Assembly (NCBI GenBank): GCA_964562525.1
Contig: CAZLTL010000006.1
Location: 31,187 to 95,186, forward strand
Direction of reading: 5' to 3'
DNA: 64,000 bases
Source: an uncultured bacterium
Lineage (GTDB): Bacteria > Omnitrophota > Omnitrophia > Omnitrophales > Aquincolibacteriaceae
Position numbers and translations under genes: made by a program. Shown piece after piece: positions 28,587 to 37,244 of this stretch. Position 1 is the stretch's first letter. Every line of letters begins with the position of its first letter. Below the pieces are notes generated by a model. The model searched no databases. It worked only from the letters and a program-made list of their open reading frames with translations, and was not told where the DNA came from.

Positions 28587-29429
28587 ATGGCTAAACGAAA
28601 AAACAATGTTTCAACTCGAAAAAAGTTTAAATGGGGTTCGCTTTATGACTGGGTGCCCAGCGCGCTTGTGCAATCCTTCGCATGGGTTGTCTTAATTTTG
28701 TTTTTGGCGGGCTCAGGGATGGGCGTTCGCGAAATGCTTTATGCTGACCCTGCTTTGCAATTGCGCCAAATCAAGGTTTATCCTCCTGACGCGATGTCGA
28801 TGGCGAAATTGGAATCTTTGCAGAAGAAATACTTCGGTCAAAACACGGCTGAAATTGATTTAAAAGCCATATCGAAAGATTTGGAAACCGACCATCAAAT
28901 ACTCAAAGCGGAAGTCCGCCGCGATTTACCCAATCAGCTTGAAATTCATGTTGAGCGCCGCGTACCTTTTGCCTCGGTTCATTTCGGTCGCAACGGTAAA
29001 TGGGCCCTGGTTTCGCGCGACGCGGTTGTGATTGATTTGATCCAACAGCCGTCCGAAGGGTTGTACGTAGTTGAAGATGATTTGCTGGCGAGCCAAAAAC
29101 CTAAAGTGGGATTGAGATTGTCGCGCGACATTTTAGATTTAGTCCGCACGACGGACGCATTTAAGAAACATCCCGCGGTGCAGAATGAGAAGATCAATTC
29201 AATTCAAATGCTGCCGAATGACGCGGCCATTTTGAACCTGAGTGATCTGTATTTAAAAGTCAGCTTGAATGATCCGGATCCGTCGGAAGCTTTCAGTAAA
29301 TTTCAATATTTACTTGAAACGGAGAGCCGTGCCGTGATCGAATATGTCGATTTGAGATTTAACCGCGTTATTTTAAAGCGCAAAGCAGAAAAAAAAGAAG
29401 ATGAACCCCGGCGAAATAAGAAAAGGTAA
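28587..29429 (+). CDS. ftsQ: Cell-division protein FtsQ/DivIB (transmembrane helix plus POTRA domain)
   Basis: It has a short cytoplasmic N-terminus, one transmembrane helix (AWVVLILFLAGSG), then a POTRA-like region (LRQIKVYPPD...LEIHVERRVPFASV). It is in the dcw position after ddl. Confidence 0.75.
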   Translation: MAKRKNNVSTRKKFKWGSLYDWVPSALVQSFAWVVLILFLAGSGMGVREMLYADPALQLRQIKVYPPDAMSMAKLESLQKKYFGQNTAEIDLKAISKDLETDHQILKAEVRRDLPNQLEIHVERRVPFASVHFGRNGKWALVSRDAVVIDLIQQPSEGLYVVEDDLLASQKPKVGLRLSRDILDLVRTTDAFKKHPAVQNEKINSIQMLPNDAAILNLSDLYLKVSLNDPDPSEAFSKFQYLLETESRAVIEYVDLRFNRVILKRKAEKKEDEPRRNKKR

Positions 29430-30645
29430 GTCGATTGTCGTTTATATTGGCGGCAGGCGCATTGTCGCAATTTTAGGTTCGACTGATGCTGCGGTACCCA
29501 GTGTTTTACGTTTTCAGGAGCGCAAATTTCCCGACGGCTTAACGAACGGTCTCGTTACTAACTTACAAAACGCAACCAACTCCATTGAAAAGGTGCTGAG
29601 CGATTTAGCACCTCTTTCTGAATTGGAAAAGACGCCCGTTTACGTTGTTTTGGGAAACGCGTCTTTGCGCCAGCATCGCTTTGAAAGTTCCCAATATTAT
29701 TCTGCAACACGCACGATTACTGCGGAGGATGTGCGCGCGGTGATTCAGCAAACTCGCAGCGTCGCGACTTTGCCCTTAGCGGAGACTGTTCTTACCGCGT
29801 TGCCGGAATCATTCGTGGTAAATGATATGGGGGGCGTTAAAAATCCGATTGATTTGGAAGCCCAAAGACTGGGCGCTCAGGTGCAATTGTTTTCCATGGA
29901 TTATCAAAGTCTCCGCAATATTGTCAAAATATTCGAAGGCTTGGACCTTGAGGTGAAAGGTTTTTTTCCTAAGACTCTGACTGTTTCTGAAGCGGTTCTG
30001 AAGCCGGAACATAAACAGAATGGGTCGGTTGTGATCGATATTTCCGACCGTTCCACCGAGGTGATGGTTTGGAAAGATCAAAAGCTGGTTGTCTCTAAAT
30101 TTATTCCCGTCGGAGGAAGCTGGCTGACTGAAAAGATATCCTCCCGCTATAAGCTTGACCCCGCGGCCGCGGAAAGTTTGAAAGAGAAATATGGTTCTGT
30201 CGACAGCGATATCAAGGCAGATGAACTTATTCCGCTTTGGTCAAAGTCGGAGCAGTCGCGTGAGATGATCCGCCGGGGCGATTTTCAAGCTGTTTGGCTT
30301 GAGCTTGTTAAAGAGTGGATGACTTTGATTCATAAAGAAGTGGAACAAGTACTCAACGAAGCGAATGTTTTTCATCCGGAGACTTTCTTTACGGGAGGCC
30401 CGGTTCAAATGGACGGTTTTTTAGAGTGGATGCAGCGTGAGTTTAAAATAGAGGGGAAGATAGGCCTTTCTCATCAGCTGGATACGACGCCTGAAATTCT
30501 TCGCAGCCCGGTTTTGGTGCCTGCCTTAGGAATGCTGCATTGGATTGATTATTTTAAGCGGGAACTCGAACCGCTTTATGTTCCGCGCGGCGTTCTTGAA
30601 AAATCTATTTTGACAGCGAAGACTTGGTTCGCGAATTACTTTTAG
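29401..30645 (+). CDS. ftsA: Cell-division protein FtsA (actin-like ATPase)
   Basis: The N-terminus SIVVYIGGRRIVAILG is the phosphate-1 loop. The size and position after ftsQ are as expected for FtsA. Confidence 0.75.
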   Translation: MNPGEIRKGKSIVVYIGGRRIVAILGSTDAAVPSVLRFQERKFPDGLTNGLVTNLQNATNSIEKVLSDLAPLSELEKTPVYVVLGNASLRQHRFESSQYYSATRTITAEDVRAVIQQTRSVATLPLAETVLTALPESFVVNDMGGVKNPIDLEAQRLGAQVQLFSMDYQSLRNIVKIFEGLDLEVKGFFPKTLTVSEAVLKPEHKQNGSVVIDISDRSTEVMVWKDQKLVVSKFIPVGGSWLTEKISSRYKLDPAAAESLKEKYGSVDSDIKADELIPLWSKSEQSREMIRRGDFQAVWLELVKEWMTLIHKEVEQVLNEANVFHPETFFTGGPVQMDGFLEWMQREFKIEGKIGLSHQLDTTPEILRSPVLVPALGMLHWIDYFKRELEPLYVPRGVLEKSILTAKTWFANYF

Positions 30646-30667
30646 AGTCTACTTTTTTGGAGCTTTC

Positions 30668-31285
30668 ATGAAAAAAAATATCATAGCTTTAAATTCATTA
30701 CTTTTAATCATTGCCATGTCTTTTTCGATGCCGGGATCGGCGCAGGAGCTTTCAGCCCAGCAAGGGGTCGAAGCCTTTTTGAACACGATTCGTTCAATGG
30801 ATTTTCCCGTTAAAGATGCCGCGCTGCATGATCAGAAAACTCAGCAGGCCGCGGCCTTTCTCGATCTTCAGGCTATGGGGCAGAAAGCTCTCGGCGCGAA
30901 TTGGACCGCAATGACCGCGGATCAGCAGAAGCAATTTATGGAATTGCTTTGGAAGCTGATTGAAAACATTGCTTATCCGCGCACCAAGAGTTTTTTAGGC
31001 GAGCAGAAAATTACTTATACCGATACAAAACAAGTTGAGCAGGGCGCCGAAGTGTCCAGCTTGGTGCATGATAGTGAAGCCGCGCTGGATGTTCCGATTG
31101 TTTATCATCTCTACCAAGACGGCACGCAATGGAAAATCAAAGATATTTTTATGGACGGTGTTTCCATGACAGAAGATTTGCAGTATCAATTCGATAAAAT
31201 GATCCAAGATGGATCCATCCAAACGCTGCTGGACCGCATGAGTGAACGTTTAGTTCAGGCTCAAAAAGAAACAACGGGCGCTTAA
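30668..31285 (+). CDS. MlaC/Ttg2D-family periplasmic lipid-binding protein (HpnM-like) with signal peptide
   Basis: The signal peptide ends ...MPGSAQE. The family-typical C-terminal block is WKIKDIFMDGVSMTEDLQYQFDKMIQDGSIQTLLDRM. Confidence 0.7.
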   Translation: MKKNIIALNSLLLIIAMSFSMPGSAQELSAQQGVEAFLNTIRSMDFPVKDAALHDQKTQQAAAFLDLQAMGQKALGANWTAMTADQQKQFMELLWKLIENIAYPRTKSFLGEQKITYTDTKQVEQGAEVSSLVHDSEAALDVPIVYHLYQDGTQWKIKDIFMDGVSMTEDLQYQFDKMIQDGSIQTLLDRMSERLVQAQKETTGA

Positions 31286-31287
31286 TT

Positions 31288-33684
31288 TTGTCCCGCCGCT
31301 TTAGTTTTGTTCATAGTCAGGCGCGGTTAATCAACCGCTATGCTTTCGGAATTTTATTGGCGCTCACGCTCGTCACGGTTCTTTTGTTCCCGGCTGCCGC
31401 TCAATTAAAAATCAAAGCCAATTTTCTGTCTCTTCTTCCTTCCTCAGCGGCTAGTGTCAAAAGTCTCGAAAAACTCATCGATAAAATCGGCGGAACGAGC
31501 TACATCATCGTCGCTGTCGAATCGGAAGATGAAGAAAGCGCGCGGATTGCGGCGGAAAAGCTGGCGGCTGCGGCGAAGTCTTTTGATCAGGTTGAGTCAG
31601 CTGACAACCGAAGCAGTATTCCCGAATATGCCAAGCGGCATATGCTTTTTTTTAGCCTGGAAAGTTTAAAAAAATTTGAGAAAGAGATTCAGAGCTTTAT
31701 TGATTTTCAGCGCCGTAAAAACAGCCCTTTTTCATTGGACTTGATTCAGGAAGATGAGCCGAAAGTTGATGCGGACGCGCTCGATTTTGAAGAAAAAGTT
31801 TACAGTATCGGTGCCTTTCCAAAAAATGAGAGCGGAACGGCGATGCGGATTGTTTTGATTAAGCCGCATTTTCAAGTCGGAGACTTTGTTCCTTCCAAAC
31901 AAATGTTTGACCGGATTGATACTGCTTTTGCCGAAATCGCGCGGATGGTTCCGGAACCGGTGACCTATGGAATCACGGGGCCTTACAAGACCCGTTACGA
32001 TGAATACCATACCATTACTCAAGATTTGAAACTGACAACCGGCGTGACTTTGTTTTTAATCGGCGTTTGCCTTATTTTAGGGTTTCGGACTTTGCGGTCG
32101 CTTTTATTGGGATTTTTGCCTTTGGGCATTGGGATGGTTTGGATGTGCGCGTTTGCCACTTTTGCCGTGGGGTATCTCAACTTGATTTCCGGTTTTCTGC
32201 TCGGAATTATGACAGGGATGGGGATTGACTATAGTTTGCATATGTTGGTCGATTTGGAAGAGGAGCGTTCCAAGACGAAAAGCACATATAAAGCCGTTGA
32301 GCGCACCATCCGCTCTCTCGGAATGCCGCTTTTTACAAGTGTTTTAACTACGGTTATCGCTTTTTTGACGCTGACGATAAGTGGTTTTGAGGGTTATCGC
32401 CATTTTGGATTGATTGCGGGGGTGGGGTTGGTACTTTGCGCTGTTACCATTTTTTATGGATTACCCAGTCTTTTGGTGGTGGGCGAAAAATTCAAATTAT
32501 TCCGCTGGAACGGAACTCCTTCGAGCATGCATTTGCGCGAACCGCGTCGTGGGCCCGTGTTAGTCATTGCCGGAGCGGGAATTCTTTTCTCTATTATTTG
32601 CTTTTTCCAATTACCTCGGGTTCAATTCGAGTTTGACTTTACCAAACTTCAAGAGCGCGATGCGCCCGCTATGGATCTCGCGCAAAGAATCGGTGATCAT
32701 TTCGGAGTAGTCCTTAATCCGGTTGCTATTCTGACGCCCAATCTTGAGCGTGCGGGAGAGGTTTCAAAGCGGATCAATGAACACGTTGCCGCGAATTCTA
32801 ACAGCCATATCGATTTTTCGGCCTCGCTCATGACCCAGGTTCCTAAGCAGCAGGAAGAAAAAATCGTAGTTCTGCAGTCCATCCGTTCGAAATTGGATCG
32901 CTATAACCGGCTGATTCAGTCCTTGGATGCGGATACCCGAAAAAAAATATCGGATTTGCGTGAACAGCTTGAACCGGAAATTTTGACTTTGGACCGTTTG
33001 CCGGAGACCGTGAAAGAACAGTATGAAGGCAAAACAGGCGAGCTTTCCGCCGTTTTTGTTTATCCGAATCAGAGCATTATGGATGGACGATTCGCGCAAA
33101 AATTTGTCAAAGAAGTGGAAAGCTTGAATTTACCGTCCGATGTCGAGCTTGCCGGAGAGCCCATGATTTATGTCGAAATTTTGTCGATGCTCGAGCGTGA
33201 CACACCACGCGCGGTGGGGCTGAGCTTGATCGTGATCATTGTATTGCTTTTTATTCACTTCCGAAATCCTTTGGACGTGATGTGGGTTTTGCTTCCGATT
33301 TTAACCGGGTTTCTCTGGATGTGCGGCACCGCGGCCATTTTAGGAGTGAACTTCAACTATATGAATATGTCGATTTTGCCCTGCATTTTGGGTGTGGGTA
33401 TTGATAGCGGTGTTTATATTTTTCACCGCTATAAAAAAGAGAAAAAATCAACGATGGCTCAAATTCTGGATAAAACCGGAAAAGCCGTCATTTTGTCTTC
33501 ACTAACCACGATGTGCGCGTTCGGCAGTTTGTTCTTGGCGAAGCATCAGGGGATGTCGTCCATGGGGGCGCTGGGGTTTATTGGATTTGGCTGCTGTATG
33601 CTGGCATCGGTGGCTTTTGTCCCGGCGCTGATGGAAATATTAGCGATGAAATATTGGCGCCCTTTCGGACATTCCGTGAAATAG
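31288..33684 (+). CDS. MMPL/RND-superfamily membrane transporter (HpnN-like lipid exporter)
   Basis: It has two 6-transmembrane bundles, each preceded by a large loop, which is the typical MMPL architecture. It starts 3 nt after the MlaC-like gene. Confidence 0.75.
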   Translation: MSRRFSFVHSQARLINRYAFGILLALTLVTVLLFPAAAQLKIKANFLSLLPSSAASVKSLEKLIDKIGGTSYIIVAVESEDEESARIAAEKLAAAAKSFDQVESADNRSSIPEYAKRHMLFFSLESLKKFEKEIQSFIDFQRRKNSPFSLDLIQEDEPKVDADALDFEEKVYSIGAFPKNESGTAMRIVLIKPHFQVGDFVPSKQMFDRIDTAFAEIARMVPEPVTYGITGPYKTRYDEYHTITQDLKLTTGVTLFLIGVCLILGFRTLRSLLLGFLPLGIGMVWMCAFATFAVGYLNLISGFLLGIMTGMGIDYSLHMLVDLEEERSKTKSTYKAVERTIRSLGMPLFTSVLTTVIAFLTLTISGFEGYRHFGLIAGVGLVLCAVTIFYGLPSLLVVGEKFKLFRWNGTPSSMHLREPRRGPVLVIAGAGILFSIICFFQLPRVQFEFDFTKLQERDAPAMDLAQRIGDHFGVVLNPVAILTPNLERAGEVSKRINEHVAANSNSHIDFSASLMTQVPKQQEEKIVVLQSIRSKLDRYNRLIQSLDADTRKKISDLREQLEPEILTLDRLPETVKEQYEGKTGELSAVFVYPNQSIMDGRFAQKFVKEVESLNLPSDVELAGEPMIYVEILSMLERDTPRAVGLSLIVIIVLLFIHFRNPLDVMWVLLPILTGFLWMCGTAAILGVNFNYMNMSILPCILGVGIDSGVYIFHRYKKEKKSTMAQILDKTGKAVILSSLTTMCAFGSLFLAKHQGMSSMGALGFIGFGCCMLASVAFVPALMEILAMKYWRPFGHSVK

Positions 33685-33700
33685 CTGTTTAAGAAACAGC
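33684..33700. terminator. Small stem-loop (gctgttt-aag-aaacagc) overlapping the convergent stop codons of the MMPL gene and the minus-strand lipoprotein gene; possible bidirectional terminator
   Basis: A 7-bp perfect inverted repeat with a 3-nt loop is followed by cttcattttctcttc. It is weak and AT-rich. Confidence 0.2.
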
Positions 33701-34165
33701 CTTCATTTTCTCTTCTAGCAAGTCGAGCTCATTCAGTAAAACATTATAAGCAACCTGCACGGAACCATCGGGATACTTGACCAAAAGCAGTTCTTTTTTA
33801 CCTTCCGATCTTAGAACGTATTTTTTAAGAAAAGTGCGCGTGTCCTGACCTTTTTCATAACGGTTCCGGACAAGCCACATTCCGCCGCGATACGCTTCAA
33901 CCCAGCTATACCAGTTACCATCGTAGTAATACTGTAAATCTTTCGGGGCCTCTTTAAGACGTTGAAAGAAGTATTGCTGCTCCTGCACCGGACCTCGTTG
34001 GCTTTGGGCGAAGGTTTTAAACGCTTCGGTGTTTTCAATCGGGACCGGTCCTAAATAGACTTTGCTGCCTTCCGGGGTGACACCCTTGAGGTAAGGAGTT
34101 GTGGCGCAAGCGGTCAGTCCCGCAATAAAGATCAAAGTTAAAATGGAACGTATTGAAAGTTTCAT
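33689..34165 (-). CDS. Hypothetical lipoprotein (signal peptide with LTAC lipobox)
   Basis: The N-terminus is MKLSIRSILTLIFIAGLTAC. No domain is recognised. Confidence 0.6.
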   Translation of the reverse strand: MKLSIRSILTLIFIAGLTACATTPYLKGVTPEGSKVYLGPVPIENTEAFKTFAQSQRGPVQEQQYFFQRLKEAPKDLQYYYDGNWYSWVEAYRGGMWLVRNRYEKGQDTRTFLKKYVLRSEGKKELLLVKYPDGSVQVAYNVLLNELDLLEEKMKAVS

Positions 34166-34324
34166 GATTAAAGCCCTCAGGGTTGATATTCGGCATTATA
34201 AAAGAGGACAACAGCAGCACCAAGCCCAAAAAAGAAATAGAAAAAGCTGCGGTGACTGCTTGTCCGTGTTGGATTGTCCCGATATAATCACGGCTCATTC
34301 TTCTAATTTGAAAGGGCTTTTTTT

Positions 34325-35416
34325 ATGTCATCCACTTCCGCTGCTGTTCGTCGGTTACCTTTACACGCCCGTCATGTAGAGAAAAACGCCCGTATCGGCC
34401 AATTCGGTAATTGGGAAGTTCCGCTTTATTACACCAGCATTCTTCAAGAGCATCATGCCGTCCGTCAAAAGGCGGGGGTGTTTGATATTTCGCATATGGG
34501 CGAGTTTTTTGTTTCCGGCCCCGCGGCTTGCGAGTATCTCAATAAAATTTTACCGCGTTCGATTGAAAAAATGCTGCCGGGTCAGGCATGGTATGTGCCA
34601 CTTTTAAATGATCAGGGTGGTTTGGTTGACGACATCATTGTTTACGCCAAAGCTCATAATGATTATTTAGTGATTGTGAACGCGGGCAATGTAGATAAAG
34701 ATCGCGCTTGGTTTGAAAAAAATTTGATCCCCGGTGTTACTTTTAAAGATCGTTCGGATGAATTTGGGTTGCTCGCGATTCAGGGGCCTGCCAGTGTTGC
34801 CGTGCTTCAAGATGCGTTCGGGCAATTTTATATCGGCTTAAAAAATTATTCTTTTGCTTCTTTCGGCGGAGGCATGATTGCGCGCACGGGCTACACGGGG
34901 GAAGACGGCTTTGAAATTATGGTGCCCACGGCGAAGCTGGATGAAATCTGGCAAACTCTCATGCGTGCCGGCGCAAAACATGGATTGGTACCGGTCGGGT
35001 TCGGCGCACGCGATACTTTGCGTCTTGAAGCCGCCATGCCGCTTTATGGGCATGAATTGAACGATGAAATCTCACCCGTTGAAGCCGGGCTTTCGATGTT
35101 TATTGATTGGATGAAAACGGGCGATACGGCTCGCGCTCAAATGAATGCGATTAAGCAGGCCGGCCCTAAGCGTAAACGGGTTGGGTTTGAGTTAGTTGGG
35201 CGTGGTATTGCGCGCGAAGGAGCCGAAGTGACCGTCAACGGCCAAAAAGTGGGCTGGGTGACGAGCGGAGCCCCTTCGCCGACGCTTGGGAAGACGATTG
35301 GCATGGCTTATGTCTCGGCGGATTTAGCGGTTTTAGATGGAGTTATAGATATTATGATTCGTGGCTCGGCCGTGCCAGCTAAAATCGTAAAACTTCCATT
35401 TTACAAACGCAAGTAA
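34325..35416 (+). CDS. gcvT: Glycine cleavage system aminomethyltransferase (T protein)
   Basis: Conserved GcvT blocks are present (GVFDISHMGEF, ARTGYTGEDGFEI) and it lies in an operon with gcvH/gcvP. Confidence 0.9.
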   Translation: MSSTSAAVRRLPLHARHVEKNARIGQFGNWEVPLYYTSILQEHHAVRQKAGVFDISHMGEFFVSGPAACEYLNKILPRSIEKMLPGQAWYVPLLNDQGGLVDDIIVYAKAHNDYLVIVNAGNVDKDRAWFEKNLIPGVTFKDRSDEFGLLAIQGPASVAVLQDAFGQFYIGLKNYSFASFGGGMIARTGYTGEDGFEIMVPTAKLDEIWQTLMRAGAKHGLVPVGFGARDTLRLEAAMPLYGHELNDEISPVEAGLSMFIDWMKTGDTARAQMNAIKQAGPKRKRVGFELVGRGIAREGAEVTVNGQKVGWVTSGAPSPTLGKTIGMAYVSADLAVLDGVIDIMIRGSAVPAKIVKLPFYKRK

Positions 35417-35435
35417 TGGAATATAATCTGCGTCT

Positions 35436-35467
35436 CTGCGCTACCCGTAGCGCGGTTTACTCGTTTT
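35436..35467 (+). terminator. Stem-loop (ctgcgctac-cc-gtagcgcgg) followed by a T-rich tract between gcvT and gcvH; possible attenuator or terminator
   Basis: A 9-bp stem read directly from the sequence is followed by tttactcgtttt. Confidence 0.3.
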
Positions 35468-35504
35468 AATTCCTTTTGTTTTTTACGGCTTATAAGGAGC
35501 TTTC

Positions 35505-35894
35505 ATGAACTTTCCTGAAAATTTGAAATACACCAAAACGCATGAATGGATTTCCGTGAACGGCTCTACGGCCAAAGTCGGAATTACCGAGTACGCACAA
35601 AAAGAAATTTCAGACGTGGTGTTTGTGGAGTTGCCTAAAGTTGCTTTCGGAGCCATCAAAGAAAAAGGCGCTGCGGTAGTTGAGTCCGTGAAAGCAGCTT
35701 TTGATATTTATGCTCCCGTGTCAGGCACGGTGACCTCGATCAATAAAGAACTCGAATCGAACCCCGGACTTGTTAATCAAGATTGCTATGGCACGGGCTG
35801 GTTCTTTGAAATGCAGTTGTCGGATCCCGCTCAAGTCAACACTTTGATGTCTGCCAAAGATTACGCCGCGCATATTCAAAGCGCTGCGCATTAA
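35505..35894 (+). CDS. gcvH: Glycine cleavage system H protein (lipoyl carrier)
   Basis: The lipoyl-lysine motif is ESVKAAFDIYAP. Confidence 0.92.
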   Translation: MNFPENLKYTKTHEWISVNGSTAKVGITEYAQKEISDVVFVELPKVAFGAIKEKGAAVVESVKAAFDIYAPVSGTVTSINKELESNPGLVNQDCYGTGWFFEMQLSDPAQVNTLMSAKDYAAHIQSAAH

Positions 35895-35906
35895 TCGGGC
35901 GGGTTT

Positions 35907-37244
35907 ATGCAATACCATCCGATTACTGCCGACGACGAAGCAAAAATTCTTGAGGCCGCAGGCGTTGCTTCTTTCGATGATTTAGTCAAAGGCATTCCTG
36001 CATCTCTGCGCAATCCCAAGTTGAATTTGCCTGCGGGCATGAACGAGATGGATGTTCAAAATCTCATCCGCTCATTTGGCACTAAAAATCAATCCACTAA
36101 AACTGTTTCTTCGTTTTTAGGCGCAGGCAGTTATGAGCATTTTGTACCTTCTGTGGTTTTTGAAATTCTCGCGCGCAGCGAATTTTTAACCGCGTATACG
36201 CCTTATCAGCCGGAAGCTTCACAGGGAACTTTGCAGGCTGTTTTTGAGTACCAAAGTTTGATTGCTGAATTGACCGGCTTGGATGTTTCCAACGCGTCGC
36301 ATTATGACGGAGCGACGTCGCTCGCCGAAGCCTGCATTTTAGCCGCGCGCCATACAGGGAAGAGCCGCATTGTTGCCGCGTCTTCTCTTCATCCGGATTA
36401 CCGCGAAGTCTTGGAAACTTATCTTTTATCCGCTTCATTTCAACTTGATTCTTTTGCTTATCAAGCCAATTTGTCTTTGGATCGTGCCGCGCTTTTAAAA
36501 TCGCTTACGCCGGATACTGCAGCTGTTGTGATTCAAACTCCGAATTATTTTGGAATTGTTGAAGATCTGACCGGTCTTGCGGATGAATTACACGCGAAAG
36601 GGATTTTGCTGATTCTTGCTTCTAACCCGATTTCCATGGGCGTCTTGAAAACTCCGGGCGAATGGGGCGCGGATATTGCGGTGGGCGAAGGTCAGCCTTT
36701 GGGTGTGCCAATGAGCTATGGCGGACCGTACTTGGGTTATTTTGCCGTAACGAAAGAATTGATGCGTAAAATTCCGGGACGCATCGCAGGTTTAACCGAA
36801 GACTCCAACGGCAACCGTGCCTTTGTTTTGACGCTTCAGGCGCGCGAGCAGCATATTCGCCGTGAAAAAGCGATGTCCAATATTTGTACAAACCAAGCTT
36901 TGATCGCACTTGCGGCCACGGTTTATATGACATTGATGGGTAAGGCCGGTATTCGCGAAGTAGGCGAACTTAATTTGGACCGCGCAAATTATTTGCGCGA
37001 ACAAATTTCGAAAATTAAAGGCTTCCGTGTTGATTTGACACAGCCCATTTTCAATGAATTTGTGGTGACAGCTGATAAACCGTTTGCCGAGATCGAAGCA
37101 ACCATGCTTAAAAAAGGATTTTTTGTCGGTGTTCCCCTTGAGAAACATTTTCCGCAGCTGAAAAACTCTTTTTTGGTTTGCGCGACGGAAACGAAATCGA
37201 AAGCTGATTTGGACGCTTTTGTGGAAGGGTTGAAACAATGTTAA
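35907..37244 (+). CDS. gcvPA: Glycine dehydrogenase (decarboxylating) subunit 1
   Basis: It is of N-terminal-half P-protein type and sits directly upstream of subunit 2. Confidence 0.88.
   Translation: MQYHPITADDEAKILEAAGVASFDDLVKGIPASLRNPKLNLPAGMNEMDVQNLIRSFGTKNQSTKTVSSFLGAGSYEHFVPSVVFEILARSEFLTAYTPYQPEASQGTLQAVFEYQSLIAELTGLDVSNASHYDGATSLAEACILAARHTGKSRIVAASSLHPDYREVLETYLLSASFQLDSFAYQANLSLDRAALLKSLTPDTAAVVIQTPNYFGIVEDLTGLADELHAKGILLILASNPISMGVLKTPGEWGADIAVGEGQPLGVPMSYGGPYLGYFAVTKELMRKIPGRIAGLTEDSNGNRAFVLTLQAREQHIRREKAMSNICTNQALIALAATVYMTLMGKAGIREVGELNLDRANYLREQISKIKGFRVDLTQPIFNEFVVTADKPFAEIEATMLKKGFFVGVPLEKHFPQLKNSFLVCATETKSKADLDAFVEGLKQC

Noticed and set aside
30646-30667. ftsZ immediately downstream of ftsA
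   Set aside because: The next ORF is a 205-aa MlaC-like protein. No GGGTG(S/T)G tubulin signature exists in any frame of the window, so ftsZ is not here.
34166-34324. Glycine riboswitch expected upstream of gcvT
   Set aside because: I could not find the conserved aptamer cores. Only generic purine-rich sequence is present. I leave it as absent unless a covariance-model scan says otherwise.
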